A DNA stretch of 64,000 bases from an uncultured Gammaproteobacteria bacterium. Its GTDB lineage: Bacteria > Pseudomonadota > Gammaproteobacteria > JABCZS01. Shown piece after piece: positions 51,686 to 61,725 of the stretch. The position numbers and the translations under genes are program-made. Within the stretch, counting starts at the first letter, position 1. Each line of letters begins with the position of its first letter. Under the pieces are notes generated by a model. That model was not told the DNA's origin and did no database searches. It worked only from the letters and a program-made list of their open reading frames with translations. The stretch lies in contig CAWKDC010000001.1 of NCBI GenBank assembly GCA_963848305.1, positions 512,001 to 576,000 on the forward strand, written 5' to 3'.

Positions 51686-53344
51686 CGTTACGCAATTCTC
51701 GGCGCAAAATCTTCCCCACATTTGATTTAGGCAAATGCTCGCGAAAGACAATCTCTTTGGGCATTTTGTAGCGTGTTAAACGCGTTTCACAATAATCCAG
51801 GATATCTTGTGCGGTTAATTTAGGATCTTTCTTCACCACAAATAATTTCACCATTTGCCCCGCTGATTCACTGGGAACGCCCACGGCAGCCACTTCTAAC
51901 ACACCAGGAACGCCCATCACGACATCTTCAATTTCATTCGGATAAACATTGAATCCTGAAATTAAGATCATGTCTTTTTTGCGATCAACAATATACAAAA
52001 AGCCCTTTGCATCGATTTTGGCAATATCACCCGTTTTCAACCAACCGTCTTTGTCGAGCACGTTCGACGTCTCTTCGGGATTATGCCAATAACCTTTCAT
52101 GACTTGTGGGCCTTTCACACACAACTCCCCCACTTCTGAAATATCCAAGGTATTCCCTTCTTCATCGATGATTTTCACATCCGTTGAAGGAATAGGCAAC
52201 CCAATGGAACCCGTATAGTCTGTAAAATTAAAAGGATTGATGGCCACAGCAGGTGAAGTTTCGGTTAAACCGTATGCTTCCAGAATGGGCTTACCCGTCA
52301 CCGCTTTCCAAGATTTTGCCACGGCATATTGCACAGCCATGCCACCGCCCATCACGAGTTTTAAATGACTGAAATCAAGCCGATCAAATCCTTTGGTATG
52401 CAGCAATCCATTGAATAATGTATTGACGCCCGTGATCACGGTGAATGGAATACCGCGTAAGGTTCGCACAAATCCTTTCATGTCACGCGGGTTGGTGATC
52501 AACACATTCAATGCACCAAACTCGGTGAAAATCAAACAATTCGCCGTGAGCGAAAAAATATGGTACAGCGGCAATGCCGTGATCACGATTTCTTTTCCCG
52601 GCTCTAACATGTGGCCAATCCACGCATTTCCTTGCATCATGTTGGATAACATATTGCCATGCGTCAGCATTGCGCCTTTGGATATGCCCGTTGTCCCACC
52701 AGTATATTGTAAAAATGCGATATCATCTTGAGAAACTTTCACATCATTCAAGGACAAGCTCTGCCCCATCTTTAGCGCTGTTTTAAAATACACAGCACCC
52801 GGAATATGATAACTCGGGTAGGGGTTCACAACATATTTGCTCGCAATATTGACAATAATCCCTTTCAATGAAGGAAATAAATCACCCACGCGTGTGATGA
52901 TCACATGCTTAATCTCTGGACATTCCGGCAATGCTTCTTGTAGCGTATGCGCCATGTTGGCCAATATGACAATGGTCGATGCGCCTGCATCTCTTAACTG
53001 TCGACCGGCTTCGCGCGGCGTATACAAGGGATTGACATTCACCACAATCAACCCTGCACGAAATGCGGCATACACAGCCACCAAATATTGCAACAGATTG
53101 GGCATCATGATGGCGATGCGTTCACCCTTTTTGATTTTCAGGCCTGTTGAAAATAAGCGGCGAGATCGCGGGTCAGCGCGCCTAATTCGCTGAACGTGAG
53201 TGTCGTTCCTAAATTCGTTGCGGCAGGATGATCTTGAAAGCGAGATACTGCGCTGAGAAACAGCTCGGCAATGGATGCATGGGGGCTAGGCGTGATCTCT
53301 GCGGGTACGCCGGGGGGATAGCTGTTGAGCCAGATCTTTTCCAT
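51681..53344 (-). pseudogene. fadD: Long-chain-fatty-acid--CoA ligase, split by a 1-nt frameshift (probably a sequence error)
   Basis: MEKIWLNSYPPGVP N-terminus, QYTGGTTGISKG, YGLTETSP, TGD, LPKSNVGKILRR. One extra C at CAG GCC [C]TG (about 53141) restores QQALKIKKGERIAIMMPN. Confidence 0.92.
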
Positions 53345-53428
53345 GTGTCTTCCTTGACTAAAAAAGGTTTGACTATTGTGACTGAAAAACGGGGAAATGG
53401 AAAGTACATTCCATGTTATTTTAAAAAC

Positions 53429-53445
53429 CGCCCTGCGCCCCTACA
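53429..53445. repeat. GTAG-family REP half-element
   Basis: CGCCCTGCGCCCCTACA. Confidence 0.55.
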
Positions 53446-53514
53446 TCGCTGTAGCCTCGCGAATAGTGCAATACCTCCTTGTACATGACAACGAATTACC
53501 TGTATGATGTCATC

Positions 53515-54651
53515 ATGAAATTCGTTCTTAAACTCCTTGCCGGCATTGCGCTGGGTACTTTTATCGGGCTTGTATTGCCTGATGAAGCTGTTCGCCCTTT
53601 TATTACCCTTAAAGTATTGATAGGCGATTTTATTGGTTTCGTCATCCCTTTCATCATTATTTTTTATATCACCCACGGCATTGCCGGCTTAGGCCATCAA
53701 TCAGGTCGCATTGTAGGTTTGACAGTGGGGCTCACTTACATTTCCACCATTATCGCCGGCGCCATGGCCGCTATTGTGGCCATGGCAATTCTCCCCTCGC
53801 TGTCCACTAAAATGACTGTTTTGGATGCATCTGCTGGTTTAACGCCCTATCTCAGCCTTAATATTCCCCCTATCATGTCAGTCATGACGGCTGTCTTCCT
53901 CGCCTTCCTCTTTGGCCTCGGGATCAGTAAAAGCCACGGAACTGTGTTGAAGGATGCCGTGGCTGAAGGTAAAAACATCATGGATCGCTTACTAAGCCAT
54001 CTGCTGATTCCTATCCTACCGTTCTATGTCGGCTGTATTTTTGTTGACCTGGCGGCCAATGGGTCTGCCTTGAATACCATGAAAACCTTTATCTTGGTTC
54101 TTGGACTCGCTGTGATGCTACATGCCATTTGGTTGACCATTCTCTACGCATTGGCGGGCTTGATATCAGGCCGTAGCCCTATTCGCCTCTTCAAAAACAT
54201 GATCCCTGCGTATATCACAGCAGCCAGCACCATGAGCAGCGCGGCCACCATCCCGGTGACCTTGCGGTGCATTAAAAACAATGGCATACGCCCCTTTATC
54301 GCCGAATTTGGTGTCCCCCTGTGCGCGACCATTCATATCTGTGGCAGCATGATCACCCTGACCAGTTGTGCAGTAGCTGTTTCGCTGATTTCACCCAACC
54401 TCCCCGCCCCGACATTCGACTTGATGTTCCCGTTTATCCTGGCATTAGGCTTTGTGATGATTGCGGCTCCCGGCGTGCCCGGCGGTGGCGTTATGGCTGC
54501 CTTGGGTCTGCTCACCAGCATGCTAGGCTTTGATCAAACGGCGATTGGCTTAATGATCGCCCTCTATGTCGCCCAAGACAGCCTGGGCACCGCCACTAAT
54601 GTCACCGGCGATGGCGCCTTGCTCATGATCGTCGACAAAATCGCCCCTTGA
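53515..54651 (+). CDS. Dicarboxylate/amino acid:cation symporter (DAACS) family protein
   Basis: TMSSAATIP, PLCATIH, APGVPGG, QDSLGTATNVTGDGA. Confidence 0.93.
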   Translation: MKFVLKLLAGIALGTFIGLVLPDEAVRPFITLKVLIGDFIGFVIPFIIIFYITHGIAGLGHQSGRIVGLTVGLTYISTIIAGAMAAIVAMAILPSLSTKMTVLDASAGLTPYLSLNIPPIMSVMTAVFLAFLFGLGISKSHGTVLKDAVAEGKNIMDRLLSHLLIPILPFYVGCIFVDLAANGSALNTMKTFILVLGLAVMLHAIWLTILYALAGLISGRSPIRLFKNMIPAYITAASTMSSAATIPVTLRCIKNNGIRPFIAEFGVPLCATIHICGSMITLTSCAVAVSLISPNLPAPTFDLMFPFILALGFVMIAAPGVPGGGVMAALGLLTSMLGFDQTAIGLMIALYVAQDSLGTATNVTGDGALLMIVDKIAP

Positions 54652-54672
54652 AAATGATTTAAATGTCCCCAT
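54647..54672 (+). promoter_or_regulatory. Sigma32 (RpoH) heat-shock promoter of htpG
   Basis: CTTGAAA-N13-CCCCAT; its -35 element overlaps the TGA stop of the upstream symporter. Confidence 0.85.
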
Positions 54673-54747
54673 TTTGAAGTACATGGCTCGTATGGATGGC
54701 GCATTTTCGGCGCCACACAAAACCGTAACATTATGGAGATAAACAAC

Positions 54748-56616
54748 ATGCAAATTGAGAAACAGACCCATGTCTTCAACACCGAAGTGAAACAACTTCT
54801 AAAACTCATGATCCATTCTCTGTATTCAAACAAAGAAATCTTTCTACGCGAACTGATTTCTAACGCATCCGACGCACTCGAAAAATTGCGCGTGGAAGCC
54901 CTTCAAAATCCTAATATACATCCCTCATCACCCTTCATTCGCGTGATACCTGACAAAGCAGCGCGCACGATCAGTATTTCAGACAATGGGATCGGGATGA
55001 GCGAAGCTGAAGTCATTGAACATTTAGGCACCATTGCCAAATCTGGTACAAAATCTTTCCTTGAAAAATTGACTGGCGAACAATCTAAAGACGCGCAGCT
55101 CATTGGCCAATTCGGCGTTGGTTTTTACGCCAGCTTCATGGTGGCTGATAAAGTCACTGTCCTCACGCGTCGCGCTGATGCCCCTGCTGATCAAGCTGTT
55201 CTATGGGAATCAAACGGCGAAGGTGCTTACGATGTGTCACAAGCGCATAAAAATGAGATTGGCACGACGATCACCTTGCATTTAAAATCTAACGAAGATG
55301 AATGGCTAGAAGATTGGAAGTTGCGCGAAGTCATCACGCGATATTCTGATCATATTTCCTTCCCCGTTGAAATGGAGTTACATCAAGCGGAAGAGGATGC
55401 TGAACAACCCGTCTTTGAAGCCGTCAATAAAGCCACAGCGATCTGGACTCGACCAAAGTCGACCTTGACGGATGAAGAATATCAAGCTTTTTACAAACAT
55501 GTTAGCCACGATTTCGACGATGCACTTTCCTGGACACATAATCGCGTAGAAGGGAAAACAGAATATATCAATCTGCTTTACATCCCCAAACACGCCCCCT
55601 TCGACTTATTTCAACAAGGCATGAAACGACGCGGCATCAAATTGTATGTCAAACGTGTATTCATCATGGATGAGGCAGAACAATTCATGCCGAATTATTT
55701 GCGCTTCGTGAAGGGCGTGATCGACGCTGCGGATCTACCGCTCAACGTGTCGCGTGAAATTTTGCAGCAAAGCAAAGTGGTCGATACGATTCGCGCGGGC
55801 TCCGTGAAAAAAGTATTGGGCCTATTGGAAGATCTCGCTAAAAATCACCCAGAGAAATACCTGGCGTTCTGGGCTGAATTTGGCAATGCCTTGAAAGAAG
55901 GTCCGATTGAAGATCACGCGAATAAAGATCAAATCGCTGGGCTGCTGCGTTTCTCAACGACTTTCAAAAATGACAAGACGCAAGCAGAATCTCTCGATGA
56001 TTATATTGCTCGCATGAAACCTGAACAAAAAAATATTTTTTATGTCACCGCTGAAACTTTCCAAGCTGCGAGCCACAGTCCTCACCTTGAAATTTTCCGC
56101 AAAAAGGGCATTGAGGTATTATTACTGTCTGATCGCGTGGATGAATGGTTGGTCGCGCATTTGCCGGAATATAAAGGACATCCTTTCCAATCCGTCGCCA
56201 AAGGTGATTTGGATTTGAGTGAATTAAAGGACGAGGATACCGCGCCAACGCCTGATGAAAATGAATCATTCACCTCTTTGATCGCTGCGTTCAAATTAGC
56301 GCTCGCGGATCAAGTGAAAGATGTCCGATTAACACACCGGTTAACGGATTCTCCTGCCTGCGTGGTCGCAGATGCCAATGACATGGGGCTACAATTGCAA
56401 CGGATTTTCAAGTCGGCTGGGCAGAGCGTGCCGGGCAGCAAACCAATTTTGGAATTAAACCCCACGCATCCATTGCTTGTTCGTTTGCGCTCACAAACAG
56501 GAGATCCGCGTATCACGGATTGGGCACAAGTATTATTCGGTCAAGCCATTTTGGCTGAAGGCGGACAATTGGATGATCCCGCTGGGTTTGTGAAGAAGAT
56601 GAATGCATTACTGTAA
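54748..56616 (+). CDS. htpG: Molecular chaperone HtpG (Hsp90)
   Basis: SLYSNKEIFLRELISNASDA, DNGIGM, IGQFGVGFY, LPLNVSREILQ; RBS GGAG. Confidence 0.99.
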   Translation: MQIEKQTHVFNTEVKQLLKLMIHSLYSNKEIFLRELISNASDALEKLRVEALQNPNIHPSSPFIRVIPDKAARTISISDNGIGMSEAEVIEHLGTIAKSGTKSFLEKLTGEQSKDAQLIGQFGVGFYASFMVADKVTVLTRRADAPADQAVLWESNGEGAYDVSQAHKNEIGTTITLHLKSNEDEWLEDWKLREVITRYSDHISFPVEMELHQAEEDAEQPVFEAVNKATAIWTRPKSTLTDEEYQAFYKHVSHDFDDALSWTHNRVEGKTEYINLLYIPKHAPFDLFQQGMKRRGIKLYVKRVFIMDEAEQFMPNYLRFVKGVIDAADLPLNVSREILQQSKVVDTIRAGSVKKVLGLLEDLAKNHPEKYLAFWAEFGNALKEGPIEDHANKDQIAGLLRFSTTFKNDKTQAESLDDYIARMKPEQKNIFYVTAETFQAASHSPHLEIFRKKGIEVLLLSDRVDEWLVAHLPEYKGHPFQSVAKGDLDLSELKDEDTAPTPDENESFTSLIAAFKLALADQVKDVRLTHRLTDSPACVVADANDMGLQLQRIFKSAGQSVPGSKPILELNPTHPLLVRLRSQTGDPRITDWAQVLFGQAILAEGGQLDDPAGFVKKMNALL

Positions 56617-56633
56617 GGACGGCATAACGCGCC

Positions 56634-56667
56634 ATTGACAGGCATCACTGGTGCCTGTCAATCTTTT
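56634..56667 (+). terminator. Rho-independent terminator after htpG
   Basis: ATTGACAGGCA-TCACTGG-TGCCTGTCAAT followed by CTTTT. Confidence 0.8.
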
Positions 56668-56699
56668 GTGCGCTGGAATAAAACAAACGCTTACAAAAC

Positions 56700-57077
56700 C
56701 TAAGGATTCACCTGATTCTGCAATGACTGATACCCGGTTAAACAGTTGCCATGGGCGTATGTTGCCGAGGGACCACAACATACATAAAGACGATACGAAT
56801 ATAGGTTACGTGCTCCCGTCGGATCATAGGTCAAGCATACATTACTGGCCTTTTTTAATGCTGCATACATGTCACTATCTGATGCATTATCCGGCAAAGC
56901 AGTACCCCCCATACTCGACAGTGTCACTGCACCACCGCAACTATAATCATAGTTTGCTGAGAAAGGTGTTGCAGTTACCGCATCTTGGGTAAAATACGGG
57001 GTACACTGTTCCGCCATCGCCCCTGCACATACACCCATCAGTACTGCTGCCATTATCGTGAATTTCACTTTATTCAT
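56700..57077 (-). CDS. Small secreted Cys-rich hypothetical protein
   Basis: RBS GAGGAG, signal peptide ending AMA/EQ, six Cys in the mature part. Confidence 0.7.
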   Translation of the reverse strand: MNKVKFTIMAAVLMGVCAGAMAEQCTPYFTQDAVTATPFSANYDYSCGGAVTLSSMGGTALPDNASDSDMYAALKKASNVCLTYDPTGARNLYSYRLYVCCGPSATYAHGNCLTGYQSLQNQVNP

Positions 57078-57121
57078 TTCATTCTCCTCAAGTAGGTTGA
57101 TAAACGATATCATTATGATGA

Positions 57122-58411
57122 TCATAGACCATTCATCAACAATGCCACCCGCTTTGCATTAACAGCCAAGGTCGGCACATCTAGCGTTTCAGCATCTGTG
57201 TGCATGCCGCGGCCAATAGGCCCCAGACCGCCCATGCAAGCTGGCACAATGTGAACAACATGAGACAGATCACCTGCCCCGCGGGTGGCAGGGTCAACAG
57301 CCTCGACCGACCCAAAGCCCAGGTGTTGGCTGATGTCACTGTACTGTTTGAGCAAGGCTTCATTCGCGGGGGTGGGCGGCATGGGTGGTGCGGAATCCAC
57401 AAACACCACTTCGCCTGATGTACCTGGTAAATGCTCAGACACGGTATGGGTGATCAACGCTTTCATCGCCTCTTTTTGAGAGATAGAAATATACCGTATA
57501 TCCCCCTGAGCCACGGCCGTCTGTGCAACAATATTTTTTTTGCCAGAACCTGTTGCAGTGGTTGTATCCGGGGAAAGGCTTGCTGTTGTGCCACCCACCA
57601 TCAGCCCGGGATTGAATGAAGCATATTGTTCATCAACGAATTTTTCTCGTAATGTATTCAATATGCGCGCCATTTCAAAGATGGCGCCATCACCCACATG
57701 AGGCTGAAAGATCACGGATGAATGCGCTGAATGCCCTGCTGTGTGCAGCGTCCAATTACTGGTTCCACGCCGCGCTGTTGTGACACTATTAAGTTGAAAT
57801 GCTGGCTCAAAATCAAGCGCAACCTCCCTGTCTTGAGCGGCATCGATCAGAGGCGCACGAGAAATGCTGAGGGGTTTTCCAGAATTTTCTTCATCCCCGG
57901 TCAGCACGATTGTAATATCACGATGTTGCAATTCACCCACATCATACAAGGCCTTCAAAGCAGACCACATCACGACAATGCCGCCTTTGTCATCAATCAC
58001 ACCTGGACCAGTTGCGATGTTACCCTTCATGTGGATGCGTTGATGTGGACTTTCTTTTGAGAACACGGTATCCAAATGACCTATCAATAGTAATCGCTTT
58101 CCCTTGTTTCCATCATGCGTGAGAATAAGCGTGCCTGCACGGTTCATGTCAGGCGGAGGCGTGACCCACGTGGCTTTAAACCCAAGCTTTTCAAAGGCTG
58201 CTTGAACAACAGCCCCGACTTGTTTCACTCCATCGATGTTTTGTGTGCCACTGTTTATGTTGACTATTTTTTCGAGCAACGCCAACGCTTCAGCCTGATG
58301 TTTGTCGACCGATCTTACCACCGATGTTTCAAGAGGCGTCAACGTTGTTGCATGCAGCGAACCGCACGCAAAAAAGCAGAGTAGCATGGTGTGAAGGCAA
58401 TATTTGAGCAT
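57122..58411 (-). CDS. M20 family metallopeptidase (glutamate carboxypeptidase G2-like), exported
   Basis: NINSGT, IGHLDTVF, GPGVIDDKGG, GDEE, HSAHSS, GAGD, GMHT. Confidence 0.92.
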   Translation of the reverse strand: MLKYCLHTMLLCFFACGSLHATTLTPLETSVVRSVDKHQAEALALLEKIVNINSGTQNIDGVKQVGAVVQAAFEKLGFKATWVTPPPDMNRAGTLILTHDGNKGKRLLLIGHLDTVFSKESPHQRIHMKGNIATGPGVIDDKGGIVVMWSALKALYDVGELQHRDITIVLTGDEENSGKPLSISRAPLIDAAQDREVALDFEPAFQLNSVTTARRGTSNWTLHTAGHSAHSSVIFQPHVGDGAIFEMARILNTLREKFVDEQYASFNPGLMVGGTTASLSPDTTTATGSGKKNIVAQTAVAQGDIRYISISQKEAMKALITHTVSEHLPGTSGEVVFVDSAPPMPPTPANEALLKQYSDISQHLGFGSVEAVDPATRGAGDLSHVVHIVPACMGGLGPIGRGMHTDAETLDVPTLAVNAKRVALLMNGL

Positions 58412-58461
58412 CGTGGGTTCCCTACATCAACTTAATCACACGGATTATACAATAAAACCAA

Positions 58462-58491
58462 TGTAGGGGCGCAGCATGCTACACCCCTACA
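58462..58491. repeat. GTAG-family REP palindrome
   Basis: TGTAGGGGCGCAGCATGCTACACCCCTACA, with a further TCCCTACA fragment at about 58504. Confidence 0.85.
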
Positions 58492-58568
58492 ATACGTTTG
58501 ACATCCCTACAAAAAAATGCCAATCTAGATTGATAGATATTGTTTATTCCTATTGAAAAGGAGCTTCC

Positions 58569-58996
58569 ATGGATAACCCTCTTCATTCAAATCCACAAGC
58601 AGAGTACGATGACGATTATGATCTTGTATCAGACAACAGTTCCATTGGCAGCAATATTGTTGAAGATGACAATTTCGATTTACCAGCTGATGATGATGAC
58701 GATGACACAATCAGTTTCGACATGATTGATGTCCTTCCCCACAACCCTCTCCCCCGACACGTCAAGGTGCACATTCCCCGCTGCAGCCTTTATTGGATTT
58801 GAATAATGTACCTGCGAATGAAAGTACAACGGCATTCTTGGTAAGATTACAGATGGCAATGGAACCTGTAGGCTTGGCGGTTGCGGCCTACTCAAACAAC
58901 GTTAACAGCACCCTCAATCCTCTCTTTCTCATGAGAGAGCCGAGACAAACGCTTCACACGACGGAACGATGCCCAAGGGAAAAGAGAAAGAAGTGA
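58569..58996 (+). CDS. Hypothetical acidic low-complexity protein, possibly one gene split by a frameshift
   Basis: RBS GGAG before ATG 58569; Asp-rich first ORF; second frame open 58730-58996 overlapping a C5 run at 58751. Confidence 0.45.
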
Positions 58997-59062
58997 TTTT
59001 TTCCTTCATCCCCTGAGCTGAACACCCCCATGAATAAATCACCACGCTAAAAGGAAAACCAC

Positions 59063-59542
59063 ATGAAAGCCATCGCAACCCTACTCGCAGCACTAGCCCT
59101 CGCCGCTTGCACGCCCCAACCAACAGCATCGCCTGAAGCTGAAACCCTTATTATCCCCTTTACAGTCCTTGATGAAGGTGTTCAAAGCGGTATCCATCCT
59201 GACACACACACGCTCACCCTGATTCAAGACAACAAAGCCTGGCAGTCTCTGTGGTCCCAGCATAAAACGATCACCCCCATCCCCAGCGCTCCGCATATTG
59301 ATTTTGCGACCCAAAATCTCATCACTGTGATTGACAGCGACCAGCCCAACAGCGGATACACGCTTCATATGGATAAAGTGGAACAACACGGCGATGAGTT
59401 ATGGGTCTACGTCACCCGTGAACAACCTGCCTCTGCTTGCCTCAATATGGGGATGGTGTCACAGCCCTACGTGTTTGCAACGATCCCCAAAGGCCCTGTG
59501 AAAACCAAGCTGTTGTTTTCGACCCATATGTATGAATGCTAA
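59063..59542 (+). CDS. PrcB C-terminal domain lipoprotein
   Basis: Lipobox LAAC; W..LW..H…P.IDF…QPNSGY.L…V….P…SQPY pattern. Confidence 0.8.
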   Translation: MKAIATLLAALALAACTPQPTASPEAETLIIPFTVLDEGVQSGIHPDTHTLTLIQDNKAWQSLWSQHKTITPIPSAPHIDFATQNLITVIDSDQPNSGYTLHMDKVEQHGDELWVYVTREQPASACLNMGMVSQPYVFATIPKGPVKTKLLFSTHMYEC

Positions 59543-59584
59543 GGATATGCTACACTCTTGCGAAGAATAAGGAGTTCTCACAAG

Positions 59585-60169
59585 ATGCGCACTATTACCT
59601 ACGCTTGGGCATTTGTCCTGGCAATGCTTTTCATACTACCGGGCCACGCGGCGACAGCCCCCGCGCCGCCTGTTCTGGAGCACCATAAAATTTATGGCCG
59701 TGTTGAAACAGCCTTGGTGACCGACCATCAGCTGAAAGTTCGCGTTCGCATGGACACGGGTGCCAAGACATCCTCATTGAATGCAACGCACATTGAACTC
59801 TTTGACAAAGATGGCAAGCAATGGGTTCGTTTCATCGTGGGTCTCGACACCACAGATAAACGTTACCAAATCGAAGCCCCCTTGGTTCGACAAATTAAAA
59901 TTCGCAAACGCACTGCAGAACTACCCAATGGCAAAGAAACGCCGGATGAGGAAAAATTTGATCTCCGTCCAACGGTGAATATTCCCGTGTGTCTGGGCAC
60001 ACAAGAAAAGATGGTTGAAGTGTCTCTTACAGATCGCTCTCATTTTCATTACCCAATGCTGTTGGGACGTTCAGGCATGGAAGCGTTTGATATTTTGATA
60101 GACCCAAGCCGCGTGTTTACGGCGAAACCCAAGTGTTCATCCTCTACCACCCAAGAGAGCAAACCGTGA
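59585..60169 (+). CDS. Exported retropepsin-like aspartic peptidase (annotated 'ATP-dependent zinc protease'/RimK-associated family)
   Basis: Signal peptide, YGRVE, RMDTGAKTSSL, WVRF, RP.V…CLG, LTDRSHFHYPMLLGR. Confidence 0.9.
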   Translation: MRTITYAWAFVLAMLFILPGHAATAPAPPVLEHHKIYGRVETALVTDHQLKVRVRMDTGAKTSSLNATHIELFDKDGKQWVRFIVGLDTTDKRYQIEAPLVRQIKIRKRTAELPNGKETPDEEKFDLRPTVNIPVCLGTQEKMVEVSLTDRSHFHYPMLLGRSGMEAFDILIDPSRVFTAKPKCSSSTTQESKP

Positions 60170-61725
60170 ATTATAAAAAACATTTGATCATACTGTCGAT
60201 TATTTTAACGTCACTGTCGTTATGGTCATTCCTGTATAAAACCACCGTATTACAACTCCCGTTATTATCCGGCGGCACCAGCACACTCTGGACGGTCGAA
60301 GCGCGCGTTCACTTTGAAGCACAAAATAAACCGGTCAAACTGAATTTTTCTGTCCCACCAGAGCAACCGCATTTTGCACGACTGAATGAAAGTTTTGTTT
60401 CACGCAAATATGGATCAAGCATCACCAAACTTGGCGACAACCGTTTAGCCACCTTGAGCATTCGTCGCGCTGCTGATGCACAAACCTTGTATTATCGTGC
60501 ACAATTTTACGTCGATGAATCCCACTTGGGGCCGACACCTTCAGGCCGCGGCATCGACATGCGCACGGTGTATGAAGGCGCTAAACAGACAGCCTCCCAT
60601 ACATTGGTACAACAAGTGCGCGAAACCTCCGCAGACAGTGTCACTTTTGCGGCAGGGCTAGTGCACAGTTTATTGAACACAACAGACGGCAATGTGTCCA
60701 TATTGCTTGACAGGAATTTTTCCACAGAAAACATTGCCAAGACCGCACAAGCATTATTATTAGGCCCCACGAAGATGGAGGGGCCGAATATTACCAGCCG
60801 TTTGGTGTATGGGTTCAAATTAACAGATGATGTTGAAACACGGAAAAATATCCCACTTGATATTTATTTAGGGGTGTGGGATCCAACCCATAACACCTGG
60901 CATTATATCAACCCAAACACCGCCGCCATTGGTTTGCCCCACAATTTCTTGATCTGGCAATACGGCGATCAACCTTTCGTACAAGTTGAAGGTGGAAGAG
61001 ATCCTTCCATTTCTTTTTCATTCACGCAACAATTACAACCGACACTCAGCATTGCACAAGAAGCAGCCTTCAAATCCCGCTCCTTTTTGATTGATTTCTC
61101 TCTATTCGCCCTGCCCCTTCAAACACAAGAACTTTACCAAGTCCTCATCATGATCCCACTCGGCGCACTGGTGGTGCTCATCATGCGCAGCTTTGTCGGC
61201 ATGCAAACCTTCGGCACTTTTATGCCCGTGCTGATTGCGTTGGCATTCCGCGAAACGGATTTATTATCCGGCATTTTATTATTTACCTTGATAGTGGCGA
61301 TTGGTTTGTCATTGCGTTTTTATTTAGAACATTTGAAACTCCTGCTCATCCCGCGCCTCAGCGTTGTACTTTCGGGCGTCATCTTGATCATGATGATTTT
61401 GAGCATTGTGTCCCATAAAATGGGGCTCAGCCATGGCGTGTCATTCGCCTTATTCCCCATGGTGATCATCACCATGACCATCGAACGGATGTCGATTGAA
61501 TGGGAAGAACGTAACCCTTGGGAAGCGATTCAGCAAGCGCTCGGCAGTTTAGTGTGCGCTACGTTGTCCTATCTTGTCATGACCAACAGCGTTGCAGAAC
61601 ACATTTTATTTGTCTTTCCTGAACTGATTTTATTGGTGGTGGTGATCATGCTGTGGATTGGCCATTATCATGGCTATCGCTTGTCTGAGTTGTTGCGATT
61701 CAAAGATCTTGTGGGTAAACAATGA
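60166..61725 (+). CDS. Inactive transglutaminase-like domain fused to a 7TM domain
   Basis: WTVEAR, ESFVSRKYG, QTLYYR, GMQTFGTFMPVLIALAF, FPMVIITMTIERMS, GYRLSELLRF; GTGA overlap with the upstream gene. Confidence 0.92.
   Translation: MNYKKHLIILSIILTSLSLWSFLYKTTVLQLPLLSGGTSTLWTVEARVHFEAQNKPVKLNFSVPPEQPHFARLNESFVSRKYGSSITKLGDNRLATLSIRRAADAQTLYYRAQFYVDESHLGPTPSGRGIDMRTVYEGAKQTASHTLVQQVRETSADSVTFAAGLVHSLLNTTDGNVSILLDRNFSTENIAKTAQALLLGPTKMEGPNITSRLVYGFKLTDDVETRKNIPLDIYLGVWDPTHNTWHYINPNTAAIGLPHNFLIWQYGDQPFVQVEGGRDPSISFSFTQQLQPTLSIAQEAAFKSRSFLIDFSLFALPLQTQELYQVLIMIPLGALVVLIMRSFVGMQTFGTFMPVLIALAFRETDLLSGILLFTLIVAIGLSLRFYLEHLKLLLIPRLSVVLSGVILIMMILSIVSHKMGLSHGVSFALFPMVIITMTIERMSIEWEERNPWEAIQQALGSLVCATLSYLVMTNSVAEHILFVFPELILLVVVIMLWIGHYHGYRLSELLRFKDLVGKQ

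Noticed and set aside
53120-53146. Programmed -1 frameshift in fadD at the nearby C-AAA-AAG
   Set aside because: The slippery-looking run lies after the in-frame TGA, so ribosomes would stop first; a missing C explains the break.
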